From: a phage
Assembly (NCBI GenBank): GCA_027217645.1
Contig: GCA_027217645.1_4344.1
Reading direction: 5' to 3' (one strand)
Length of the DNA: 41,360 nucleotides
Below the pieces are notes generated by a model. The model had not been told where the DNA came from. It saw nothing but the letters and a program-made list of their open reading frames with translations, and ran no database searches. Below, in pieces: positions 7,230 to 14,415 of the stretch; position 1 is the stretch's first letter, and the number at the start of each line of letters is the position of its first letter. Position numbers and translations under genes: made by a program.

Positions 7230-7293
7230 GTCAATTACTCCTTAGCCAGTTGATATGTGAATAGTACCATATTAATTATTTTAGAAAAGCCCC

Positions 7294-7322
7294 TTGACAA
7301 GTGAATAGTTCGCTATTATAGT
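7294..7322 (+). promoter_or_regulatory. Strong sigma70-like promoter, TTGACA-N17-TATAGT class, with embedded palindromic box
   Basis: Seen in sequence: TTGACA (7294-7299), 17 nt spacer, TATAGT (7317-7322); box AATAGTTCGCTATT (7304-7317); second imperfect box AATAGTACCATATT at 7260-7273; drives the gene at 7354. Confidence 0.6.
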
Positions 7323-7353
7323 TAGCCCATACCAAACGAGAGGAGAGAAACAA

Positions 7354-7875
7354 ATGTTAGAGAAATTCTTGGTATTACTGGAACGTTTCGTAGTCGCCCA
7401 CGAACTGATTGCTGCAAACAGTGTGAAACAACCGACTAGCAAATCTGTAGGTGAATTGACTGTTGACGTCGCGGTAACTGGGGTAGAGACAGTTAAAAAG
7501 GAACTGGCTAAAGCACTTGAAGAAGTCGAGAAGGCGAAAGAAATCCCGGTTGAAGGTGAAGACATCGTCGACACTAAACCAGCAGAAGAAGAGAAGCCGA
7601 AGCGCAAGCCGCGTAAGGACAAAGTAGAGGAACCAACGCCAGAGCCGGAAGAAGAGAAAGAAGAAGTCGATTACCAGTCTCTGCGCGACCAGATTCAGGC
7701 TATCGACGATGCGATTAACGAAGGCCCAAGCGATGCCGCGTGCGACGATTCTGACGAACTGCTGGAAGAGTTTACCGGTAAGAAGATGAAGATTGCAGCG
7801 ATTAAAGACGAAGACCTGGCTGAGTATCTGGAGCGCCTGACAGCAATCAAGAACAAGTATTTCGAAGAAGAATAA
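7354..7875 (+). CDS. Highly acidic early protein of unknown function
   Basis: Track ORF 173 aa; strong RBS GAGGAGAG; long Glu/Asp-rich stretches with one basic patch (KPKRKPRKDK); first gene after a consensus-like promoter. Confidence 0.6.
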   Translation: MLEKFLVLLERFVVAHELIAANSVKQPTSKSVGELTVDVAVTGVETVKKELAKALEEVEKAKEIPVEGEDIVDTKPAEEEKPKRKPRKDKVEEPTPEPEEEKEEVDYQSLRDQIQAIDDAINEGPSDAACDDSDELLEEFTGKKMKIAAIKDEDLAEYLERLTAIKNKYFEEE

Positions 7876-7880
7876 CTATC

Positions 7881-7903
7881 CCGCGGCCTTCGGGCCGCTT
7901 TAA
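7881..7903 (+). terminator. Candidate weak terminator/attenuator hairpin
   Basis: Seen in sequence: GCGGCC-TTCG-GGCCGC stem-loop followed by only a short T run. Confidence 0.35.
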
Positions 7904-7918
7904 CTGAGGGTCGGAATT

Positions 7919-8191
7919 ATGATTTACCAACTCTACCGCGCCGTAGACAGGAGGGATAGCACAGAGGCGCTATGGCTGTTACGTGCGCCGTCTGGCTCGC
8001 ACCAGATGGAAGATATGGCGTACTTAGGCAAAGTGCCACGGCCTAAAGACATAGGCCGCCACGTGTCACATATTAAGCGCACGACTTTCGCCAAACCGGA
8101 CTTTTACGTCTTCGAGTCGATGTACGGGTGGGCCATGCATTGCGACCACAAGACACGGCATTTAATCGACCAGTGGGAGAGCAGGGTATGA
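7919..8191 (+). CDS. Hypothetical protein
   Basis: Track ORF 90 aa; stop overlaps the next gene start as ATGA. Confidence 0.45.
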   Translation: MIYQLYRAVDRRDSTEALWLLRAPSGSHQMEDMAYLGKVPRPKDIGRHVSHIKRTTFAKPDFYVFESMYGWAMHCDHKTRHLIDQWESRV

Positions 8192-8535
8192 CTTATAAAT
8201 GGTGGCTTAATCTGCGTAGCGGCGACAACGTTTACACGGTCGGCGACCGCAGAAAGAACAGCGGTGTAGCTGTTGTACTACAAAACGGCAAAAAGTACAT
8301 CCACATTGCACATGAAGCCCGGGCGCTCAGAGTGAATAAATCGTCTGGCAGGCTTGATGATTACCCGAAAACATTAATATACAAAAGTGAAAAGCATCAC
8401 ATGGAAGCTGTTGATGCAAGACGCCAGTTCGCAGTAATGCTGCGACAGTTAAGTGACTTACATCGCGATGATTCTTTCATCCCCACAGAAGAACAGCTAC
8501 AGGCATTAAACTTGTATTTGGAGAGTTTACGATGA
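8188..8535 (+). CDS. Hypothetical protein
   Basis: Track ORF 8128..8535 with start moved to the ATG at 8188, which is coupled to the upstream stop; stop overlaps the nuclease start. Confidence 0.45.
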   Translation: MTYKWWLNLRSGDNVYTVGDRRKNSGVAVVLQNGKKYIHIAHEARALRVNKSSGRLDDYPKTLIYKSEKHHMEAVDARRQFAVMLRQLSDLHRDDSFIPTEEQLQALNLYLESLR

Positions 8536-9782
8536 TTCTTAAAGAACGCGGCGGCAATAATGATGTGCACGCCTTACTGTCGCCGTCAGGGGCTAAAAAG
8601 TGGCTAAGCTGCGCCGCATCGCTGGCCTGTGAAAAAGATATTCCTAACACATCTGGTAAAGCCGCCGTTACAGGGACCGCGTGTCACACCATAGCCGAGG
8701 TCCATTTAAATCAGTACATCAAAGGCACTGCGTTGCCGTTAGAGCGTGAAGTCGGTGCTTACGTGCTGGATGAAGGTAAAGGCCAGATTAAGGCGCTAAT
8801 CAGCCCGATGAAAGGCGCGGTACTGATTACGGCTGACATGATTGAGCAGGTGCGCAAGTACACCGACTACTGCAAAGCGATTATAGATGTAGCGACTTAC
8901 GCTAAGCTGGAAATGCGCGTCAATCTTACTGAGGTGTTGCACCCAGGCTACGAAGGCGTTGAAACGTTCGGAACTGCTGACCTTGTTGCTGTACAGGAAC
9001 TGGCAAACACCGACGAGCACATGCTCATTATTGGTGACCTGAAAACAGGACGGCATCGCGTCGAAGCGAAAGAAAACAAGCAGCTTATGCTTTACGCTCT
9101 CGGTGTTTATCGCCGACTCAAGAGACGTTATAACATCACAGTAGTGCGCCTGGTCATCTTCCAGCCGTACGCGGGGGGTGCGTCGGAGTGGGATATCTCG
9201 GTCGAAGGTCTGGAACTGTTCGCTAAGTTCGCACAGAAACGGGCACTGTTAGCGCTTGATGCTTATTTCCGTGGAAAGAAGAACCTGAAAGCGTCGGACT
9301 TTAAACCGTCGGTCGATGGTTGCCAGTGGTGCCGGTTCTCTGAACAGTGTGCCGCGCGTACAAAGACGGTTAATTCTGTACTGGCGGAAGAACTTGAAGA
9401 CGACTTTGTGCTGGAACTGACGACGGAGCAACTCGTAGTTGAGTATGAGAAGTTGCCGCTGTTGCGCCAGCACATCGACAAGGTTGAGAAAGCGATGACC
9501 GCCGCATTGCATTCCGGTAAGAAAGTGCCAGGGTACAAACTGGTAGAAGGCCGCCAGGGTAATCGTGCGTGGAAAGATGCCGATGCGATTGAAGTGTCAC
9601 ACGGCGACATTCTCAAAAAAGAGGTATTGATGACACCTACGGAGGCAGCAAAAGTTCTTTCGGCGGATGAGATGGCAGCGCTTGAGCCGTTTATTACCCG
9701 TAAGCCAGGCGCACCATGTGTCGCAACGGCAGACGACAAACGTCCTGAGTGGAATCAGGTTAGTGAAGAAGATTCGGAATAA
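8532..9782 (+). CDS. PD-(D/E)XK nuclease, Cas4/RecB-like (DUF2800-type), with C-terminal Cys cluster
   Basis: Track ORF 416 aa; GTADLVAV...IGDLKTGRH...KQLMLYALG resembles the PD-(D/E)XK core; CQWCRFSEQC suggests an Fe-S or zinc site; precedes the SSB-like and polymerase genes as in the known DUF2800-DUF2815-PolA module. Confidence 0.7.
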   Translation: MILKERGGNNDVHALLSPSGAKKWLSCAASLACEKDIPNTSGKAAVTGTACHTIAEVHLNQYIKGTALPLEREVGAYVLDEGKGQIKALISPMKGAVLITADMIEQVRKYTDYCKAIIDVATYAKLEMRVNLTEVLHPGYEGVETFGTADLVAVQELANTDEHMLIIGDLKTGRHRVEAKENKQLMLYALGVYRRLKRRYNITVVRLVIFQPYAGGASEWDISVEGLELFAKFAQKRALLALDAYFRGKKNLKASDFKPSVDGCQWCRFSEQCAARTKTVNSVLAEELEDDFVLELTTEQLVVEYEKLPLLRQHIDKVEKAMTAALHSGKKVPGYKLVEGRQGNRAWKDADAIEVSHGDILKKEVLMTPTEAAKVLSADEMAALEPFITRKPGAPCVATADDKRPEWNQVSEEDSE

Positions 9783-9786
9783 AGTG

Positions 9787-9815
9787 TTGACACCTGAATA
9801 GTTAGCTATTATAGT
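9787..9815 (+). promoter_or_regulatory. Sigma70-like promoter, TTGACA-N17-TATAGT class, with palindromic box
   Basis: Seen in sequence: TTGACA (9787-9792), 17 nt spacer, TATAGT (9810-9815); box AATAGTTAGCTATT (9797-9810); upstream of the SSB-like gene. Confidence 0.55.
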
Positions 9816-9868
9816 TCTAATCACTGGCCGGGCAGTTCCCGGAGTAAACTGAAAAGCGAGAAATCACG

Positions 9869-10495
9869 ATGGGTATTAAACTGAATCTGCGTAAAGTAAA
9901 CACTGCATGGGTTAACGTATTCGAACGCGAAAAAGACCGTGAAAACGATGATGGCTCAATCACTAAAGGCCAGTACAGCGCGACTATCATCCTGCCGTCT
10001 GACCACGCACAAATCGACGCGCTCTACGACACCGTTTACGCTGTGGTTGAAGAAGCGTTGGGCGCAGCTGCCGCTGAGAAGTGGATGAAGTCCAACTACG
10101 GCGAAGGTAAGCACATGGATAAATGTGCGATTAAAGACATTGCCGAGCGCGACAATCCGTTTGAAGACTTCCCGGAAGGCTTCTACTTCAAGGCGAAGGC
10201 ACAGAAACAGCCACTGATTGTAACCTCTAAAAAAGGCGAGACTCAGGTAGAACAGGACTTCAATGTAGACGGCGAACAGATTGAAGGTGAACAGGTTTAC
10301 AGCGGCTGCGTCGCTAACGTAAGCGTTGAAATCTGGTTCAGTCAGAAATATAAAGTCCTCGGCGTTAACCTGCTGGCGATTAAATACATTGGCGAAGGCA
10401 AAGCGTTTGGCGGTTCTAAAGTCGCTGCCAGCGTAAATGACCTGGAAGACGACGAAGAAGATGAAGCACCGCGCCGCGAGCGTCGTCGTCGCTAA
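9869..10495 (+). CDS. Phage single-strand DNA-binding-like protein (DUF2815-type)
   Basis: Track ORF 208 aa; position between the DUF2800-type nuclease and the polymerase; acidic C-terminal tail; assignment from gene order and general pattern. Confidence 0.55.
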   Translation: MGIKLNLRKVNTAWVNVFEREKDRENDDGSITKGQYSATIILPSDHAQIDALYDTVYAVVEEALGAAAAEKWMKSNYGEGKHMDKCAIKDIAERDNPFEDFPEGFYFKAKAQKQPLIVTSKKGETQVEQDFNVDGEQIEGEQVYSGCVANVSVEIWFSQKYKVLGVNLLAIKYIGEGKAFGGSKVAASVNDLEDDEEDEAPRRERRRR

Positions 10496-10514
10496 TATCT
10501 GAATCAATTTAACT

Positions 10515-10540
10515 AAGGCCCTTCATTGGGCCTTTTTACT
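10515..10540 (+). terminator. Rho-independent terminator/attenuator between the SSB-like and polymerase genes
   Basis: Seen in sequence: AGGCCC-TTCATT-GGGCCT hairpin followed by TTTTT. Confidence 0.55.
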
Positions 10541-10554
10541 AAGGGTCAAAAATA

Positions 10555-12735
10555 ATGAGTTACCTGTTCTTAGACTTTGAAACATTCTCCGAAGCCGATT
10601 TGAAGAAAGTCGGCTCCTACGCTTACGCCGAACATCCAACCACCGAAGTTCTAATCTGCACATATGCTTTTGACGACGAGCCTGTGCAGGTATGGGATTG
10701 CACCAACGGCAGCGACATGCCGGGGGATTTGCACCGCGCGTTACGCCGTCTGGTGAAACCAAATAGTCGCATTAAGATGGTATGGCACAACGGCTCAATG
10801 TTCGACAGGCTCATCATGAAACACTGCTGGGGCTTTGATATTCCCGTAAGCAACACCATTGATACGATGATTTGGGCGTTTCGTCACGCGCTGCCGGGTT
10901 CACTTGATGCGCTGTGTGAAGTGCTTGGCGTGTCTGCTGACAATGCAAAAGATAAACGCGGCAAGGCGCTGATTCAGCGTTTCTCTAAACCGACACCGAA
11001 GAATTACAAAATCCGCCGCTACACCGCAGAAACACACCCGGACGAGTGGGCGCTGTTCATCAAGTACGCCGTGAGCGACATCACTGCGATGCGTGAAGTC
11101 TTCCATAAGCTGCCGCGTTGGGGTAACTCTGAGTTCGAAGACCGTGTACTGGAACTGGACCAGTTAATCAACGACCGCGGGTTTAAGGTTGACGTTGCAC
11201 TGGCGGAAGCCGCTATTGAAGCCGTGGAGAAACACAAAGCGCAGTTACAGGAGGAAGCCCAACGCAAATACGGCGGCTCGCTTACTGGTAAGGACTTTCT
11301 GCCGATTCTTCGTGAACTCGCCCCTGCACACCGCATACACAACGCACAGAAGTCGACGCTTAACGACCTGCTGGCGGACGATGATTTACCGGACGACGCA
11401 CGCACAATTATCGAAATGCGCCTCGGGGCCGCGTCCACCGCGTCAACGAAATATAACCCGCTGCTGTTGGGCCGCTCGTCTGACGACCGACGCCGTGGTT
11501 GCATACAATATGGTGGAGCTAAGCGTACGTTACGGTTTGCAGGTAAAGGCTTCCAGCCGCAGAACCTCGCGCGCGGGTACTATCACGATGATGAACTGGA
11601 TAAAGGAATTTCTGCGTTACTTAAGGGCCGCGCTCATCGTCGATTTGACGTAGCCAAGCTAACGGCATCTACCGTTCGTAGCTGCATCATACCGGAAACT
11701 GGACATAAGTTTGTCGTTGCCGATTACTCTAACGTCGAAGGCCGCGGGCTTGCGTGGCTGGCGGGGGAAGAAACCGCGCTAGATACGTTCCGTGCCGGAC
11801 TGGATATTTACTGCGTAACCGCGGGTAAGATGTTCGGTATGGAGCCGGATTACATTAAGAAAGAACGTAAAGATTTGCGCCAGATTGGTAAGGCCTGCGA
11901 ACTTGGGCTTGGCTATGCGGGCGGTGTCGGCGCATTCGTACAGTTCGCCAAGAACCTTGGCCTTGACCTGGTTGATATGGCAAAAACAATGGATGGGACT
12001 TTCCCCGACCACATCTGGGCCGCTACCGCACGTGGATATGAGTGGGCGCGTATTCAGGAAACCAAGCGACCACCACGTCCAGGTGAAAAGGATGACCGAC
12101 CATCATATATTCTTGATAAGAAAGTGTGGCGTACCTGTGACGCTATCAAGCGCATGTGGCGCGAGTCTCACCCGGAAACAGTAGCTTTCTGGCGGGATAT
12201 TGAAGACGCAGCTATGGCAGCTATCCGCAATCCGGGCAAAGAGTTCACCGCAGGGCCGCGGGGAGTTAAGTTTTCGCGCAACGTAGAAACGGACAACAAC
12301 GGCAACAAAGTCGCCGGTTGGTGGCTGCGGATGACGTTGCCGTCGGGCCGCGTTATGTCTTATCCGGGTGTTGGGCTAAGCGTGTCGAAAGAGACAGACG
12401 AAGACGGGAAGGTGTCTACCAACGTGCGCATCAAGTACCAGGGCGAAAACCAGTTAACACGGCAGTGGGGCTTCCAGTACACATATTCCGGTAAACTCGT
12501 GGAAAACTGCACTCAGGCGCTGTGCCGTGATTTGTTGGCTAATGCACTGCTGAACGTCGAAGCAAACGGCTACCCGATTGTGCTTCATGTTCACGATGAG
12601 ATTATCTGCGAGACACCAGATTTACCAGAATACAATGTCGCAGAACTGGAACGATTGATGTGCGAATTACCAGAGTGGGCCGAGGGGTTCCCTCTTGTAG
12701 CAGAAGGCGCGGAGATGAAGCGTTATGCCAAGTAA
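10555..12735 (+). CDS. Family A DNA polymerase with 3'-5' exonuclease domain
   Basis: Track ORF 726 aa; N-terminal exonuclease motif LFLDFETFS; polymerase motif A-like VVADYSNVEGR and motif C-like HVHDEIICE. Confidence 0.9.
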   Translation: MSYLFLDFETFSEADLKKVGSYAYAEHPTTEVLICTYAFDDEPVQVWDCTNGSDMPGDLHRALRRLVKPNSRIKMVWHNGSMFDRLIMKHCWGFDIPVSNTIDTMIWAFRHALPGSLDALCEVLGVSADNAKDKRGKALIQRFSKPTPKNYKIRRYTAETHPDEWALFIKYAVSDITAMREVFHKLPRWGNSEFEDRVLELDQLINDRGFKVDVALAEAAIEAVEKHKAQLQEEAQRKYGGSLTGKDFLPILRELAPAHRIHNAQKSTLNDLLADDDLPDDARTIIEMRLGAASTASTKYNPLLLGRSSDDRRRGCIQYGGAKRTLRFAGKGFQPQNLARGYYHDDELDKGISALLKGRAHRRFDVAKLTASTVRSCIIPETGHKFVVADYSNVEGRGLAWLAGEETALDTFRAGLDIYCVTAGKMFGMEPDYIKKERKDLRQIGKACELGLGYAGGVGAFVQFAKNLGLDLVDMAKTMDGTFPDHIWAATARGYEWARIQETKRPPRPGEKDDRPSYILDKKVWRTCDAIKRMWRESHPETVAFWRDIEDAAMAAIRNPGKEFTAGPRGVKFSRNVETDNNGNKVAGWWLRMTLPSGRVMSYPGVGLSVSKETDEDGKVSTNVRIKYQGENQLTRQWGFQYTYSGKLVENCTQALCRDLLANALLNVEANGYPIVLHVHDEIICETPDLPEYNVAELERLMCELPEWAEGFPLVAEGAEMKRYAK

Positions 12736-12856
12736 ACTGATTATCGCGGTACTGGCGGGATTTGCTGCCGGTGTCTACTGTCACGAGGGTCAATACGGCA
12801 TGATGGTTGCCATATTGGGCATGTTCATCGCAATTTATCTGTGGGTGCTGGAATGA
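12725..12856 (+). CDS. Micro-protein (43 aa), hydrophobic, probable single-pass membrane peptide
   Basis: Hand translation MPSKLIIAVLAGFAAGVYCHEGQYGMMVAILGMFIAIYLWVLE; ATG lies just upstream of the polymerase stop; stop overlaps the next ATG as ATGA. Confidence 0.35.
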   Translation: MPSKLIIAVLAGFAAGVYCHEGQYGMMVAILGMFIAIYLWVLE

Positions 12857-12942
12857 AAATTTACTGGTTTTATGAAGAAGACTGTCGAATCTGCCCGCGC
12901 TGTGGTATTGAACATACGAAACGTGAGGGGTGCGTATTATGA
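12853..12942 (+). CDS. Micro-protein (29 aa) with CxxC...CxxC zinc-ribbon-like spacing
   Basis: Hand translation MKIYWFYEEDCRICPRCGIEHTKREGCVL; ATGA overlaps at both ends. Confidence 0.3.
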   Translation: MKIYWFYEEDCRICPRCGIEHTKREGCVL

Positions 12943-13091
12943 CAATGTTTGTATTTTGGACGATAGTAACCATGCTCGCGCTGTTACTCGGTGCGGGAAT
13001 AGCCGCGATGTTCTGTTACGGCCTGTTCTTTAAGTTTGTCGGTGTCGCCGTTCTAGGAGGGGCTTTCCTTACTTGGGATCTACGCTCATGA
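12939..13091 (+). CDS. Micro-protein (50 aa), hydrophobic membrane peptide
   Basis: Hand translation MTMFVFWTIVTMLALLLGAGIAAMFCYGLFFKFVGVAVLGGAFLTWDLRS; stop TGA overlaps the VRR-NUC ATG at 13088. Confidence 0.35.
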   Translation: MTMFVFWTIVTMLALLLGAGIAAMFCYGLFFKFVGVAVLGGAFLTWDLRS

Positions 13092-13372
13092 CTAAAGAGG
13101 GCCGCGTACAGAAATACGCAAAAGACCGATTCGAGGCCCTTGGCGGCCTCGTTCGCAAACTCTCCTACGAGGGGCGTTCCGGCGCCCCAGACCTGCTGGT
13201 AATTCTCCCCGGCGGCATAGTCTGGTTCGTCGAGGTTAAGAAAGACGAGAACACGAAGCCAGACCCGCACCAGCTACGGGAACATGAGCGGATGCGTAAA
13301 CGTGGTGCGAATGTTTTTGTCGTTGGTTCGTTTAAACAGGTTGACGACCTAATAGCTAGCTATTATAGTTAG
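13088..13372 (+). CDS. VRR-NUC domain nuclease (PD-(D/E)XK superfamily)
   Basis: Track ORF 13073..13372, start placed at the ATG at 13088 coupled to the upstream micro-ORF; GAPDLLVILPGGIVWFVEVKK fits the VRR-NUC catalytic core. Confidence 0.7.
   Translation: MTKEGRVQKYAKDRFEALGGLVRKLSYEGRSGAPDLLVILPGGIVWFVEVKKDENTKPDPHQLREHERMRKRGANVFVVGSFKQVDDLIASYYS
13341..13369 (+). promoter_or_regulatory. Sigma70-like promoter, TTGACG-N17-TATAGT, embedded in the 3' end of the VRR-NUC gene
   Basis: Seen in sequence: TTGACG (13341-13346), 17 nt spacer, TATAGT (13364-13369); contains the perfect palindrome AATAGCTAGCTATT (13351-13364), which also encodes the last residues of VRR-NUC. Confidence 0.5.
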
Positions 13373-13402
13373 TCCTACACCAACAATATAAGGAATTGAG
13401 AA

Positions 13403-13594
13403 ATGAAACACGAATATGACCGCAAACCAGCACGTGACATCGTACCGGGTGACATGATTTTCAACGTTAAGACACGTCAACCTGTTGCCGTTGATACGGT
13501 GTTCGTCGAGTCGAACGGTAAACTGGTTATCGAAGATGTAACGGGTAACGTTACGGCGTTCGGGCGTAAAGAGCTGGTGCTGGTGGCGAAATGA
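13403..13594 (+). CDS. Hypothetical protein
   Basis: Track ORF 63 aa; AAGGA RBS; stop overlaps the methyltransferase ATG as ATGA. Confidence 0.45.
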   Translation: MKHEYDRKPARDIVPGDMIFNVKTRQPVAVDTVFVESNGKLVIEDVTGNVTAFGRKELVLVAK

Positions 13595-14415
13595 ACTATT
13601 ACAATGAATGGGATAAAGGCGCAGCCGCGTGGCTGCGTGAGTTGATAAAACAGGGTCACATACCTTTTGGAGTTGTAGATGAAAGAAGCATTACCGAAGT
13701 TAAGCCAGAAGACCTTGACGGGTTCACCCAGTGTCATTTTTTCGCGGGTATCGGCGGCTGGCCTCTCGCGCTCAGACTTGCGGGAGTTTCGGAGGATACG
13801 CCTCTCTGGACGGGAAGCCCGCCTTGCCAACCGTTTAGCACGGCAGGAAAACAACTCGGACAGTTCGACCCGAGACACCTCGCGCCGGTCTTCCTCGACC
13901 TCATCAGCGAGTGCCGCCCTCCAGTCATCTTTGGGGAGCAGGTTGCGGCAGCAATTGCAAAATCGTGGATGTGCGATTTACAAGCTCACCTGGAAGGAGA
14001 AGACTACGCCGTCGGGTTTGCTGTACTCCCAGCTTGTAGCGTCGGCGCACCGCACAAAAGAGAACGACTCTTCTTTGGCGCGCACGAACTGGCCTACACC
14101 GACAGCGAACGACTTCAGAGGGAGCGGAGAGACAGTGATTCGCACGGACGGGAGGGACAGAACATTCGACAGGCTGGACTACTCAACAGAGCAGGGATTG
14201 AAAGCGAGTCAACCAACCCGCACCACGGCTTCTGGTCAGATGCTGACTGGCTCGGATGCCGTGATGGAAAGTTCCGGCCGGTTGAACCCGGCGCATTCCC
14301 GCTGGCTAATGGGATACCCGCAAGAGTGGGACGATTGCGCGGTTACGGCAATGCCATCGTCCCGCAAGTAGCCGCCGAATTTATAAAGGCGTTTATGGGG
14401 GCCGTAAATGAGTAA
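13591..14415 (+). CDS. DNA (cytosine-5)-methyltransferase
   Basis: Track ORF 274 aa; motif I FAGIGG, motif IV PCQPFS, degenerate motif VI GEQV, motif VIII-like HKRERLFF, C-terminal motif [14 protein letters not shown]; stop overlaps the helicase start. The +1 frame of the same DNA also carries methyltransferase-like motifs (see findings). Confidence 0.7.
   Translation: MNYYNEWDKGAAAWLRELIKQGHIPFGVVDERSITEVKPEDLDGFTQCHFFAGIGGWPLALRLAGVSEDTPLWTGSPPCQPFSTAGKQLGQFDPRHLAPVFLDLISECRPPVIFGEQVAAAIAKSWMCDLQAHLEGEDYAVGFAVLPACSVGAPHKRERLFFGAHELAYTDSERLQRERRDSDSHGREGQNIRQAGLLNRAGIESESTNPHHGFWSDADWLGCRDGKFRPVEPGAFPLANGIPARVGRLRGYGNAIVPQVAAEFIKAFMGAVNE

Noticed and set aside
9263-9739. Minus-strand track ORF (158 aa) inside the Cas4-like nuclease gene
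   Set aside because: Antisense to a motif-bearing plus-strand gene; Ser/Ala-rich low-complexity translation.
11019-11504. Minus-strand track ORF (161 aa) inside the DNA polymerase gene
   Set aside because: Antisense to the polymerase; Ser/Arg-rich low-complexity translation.
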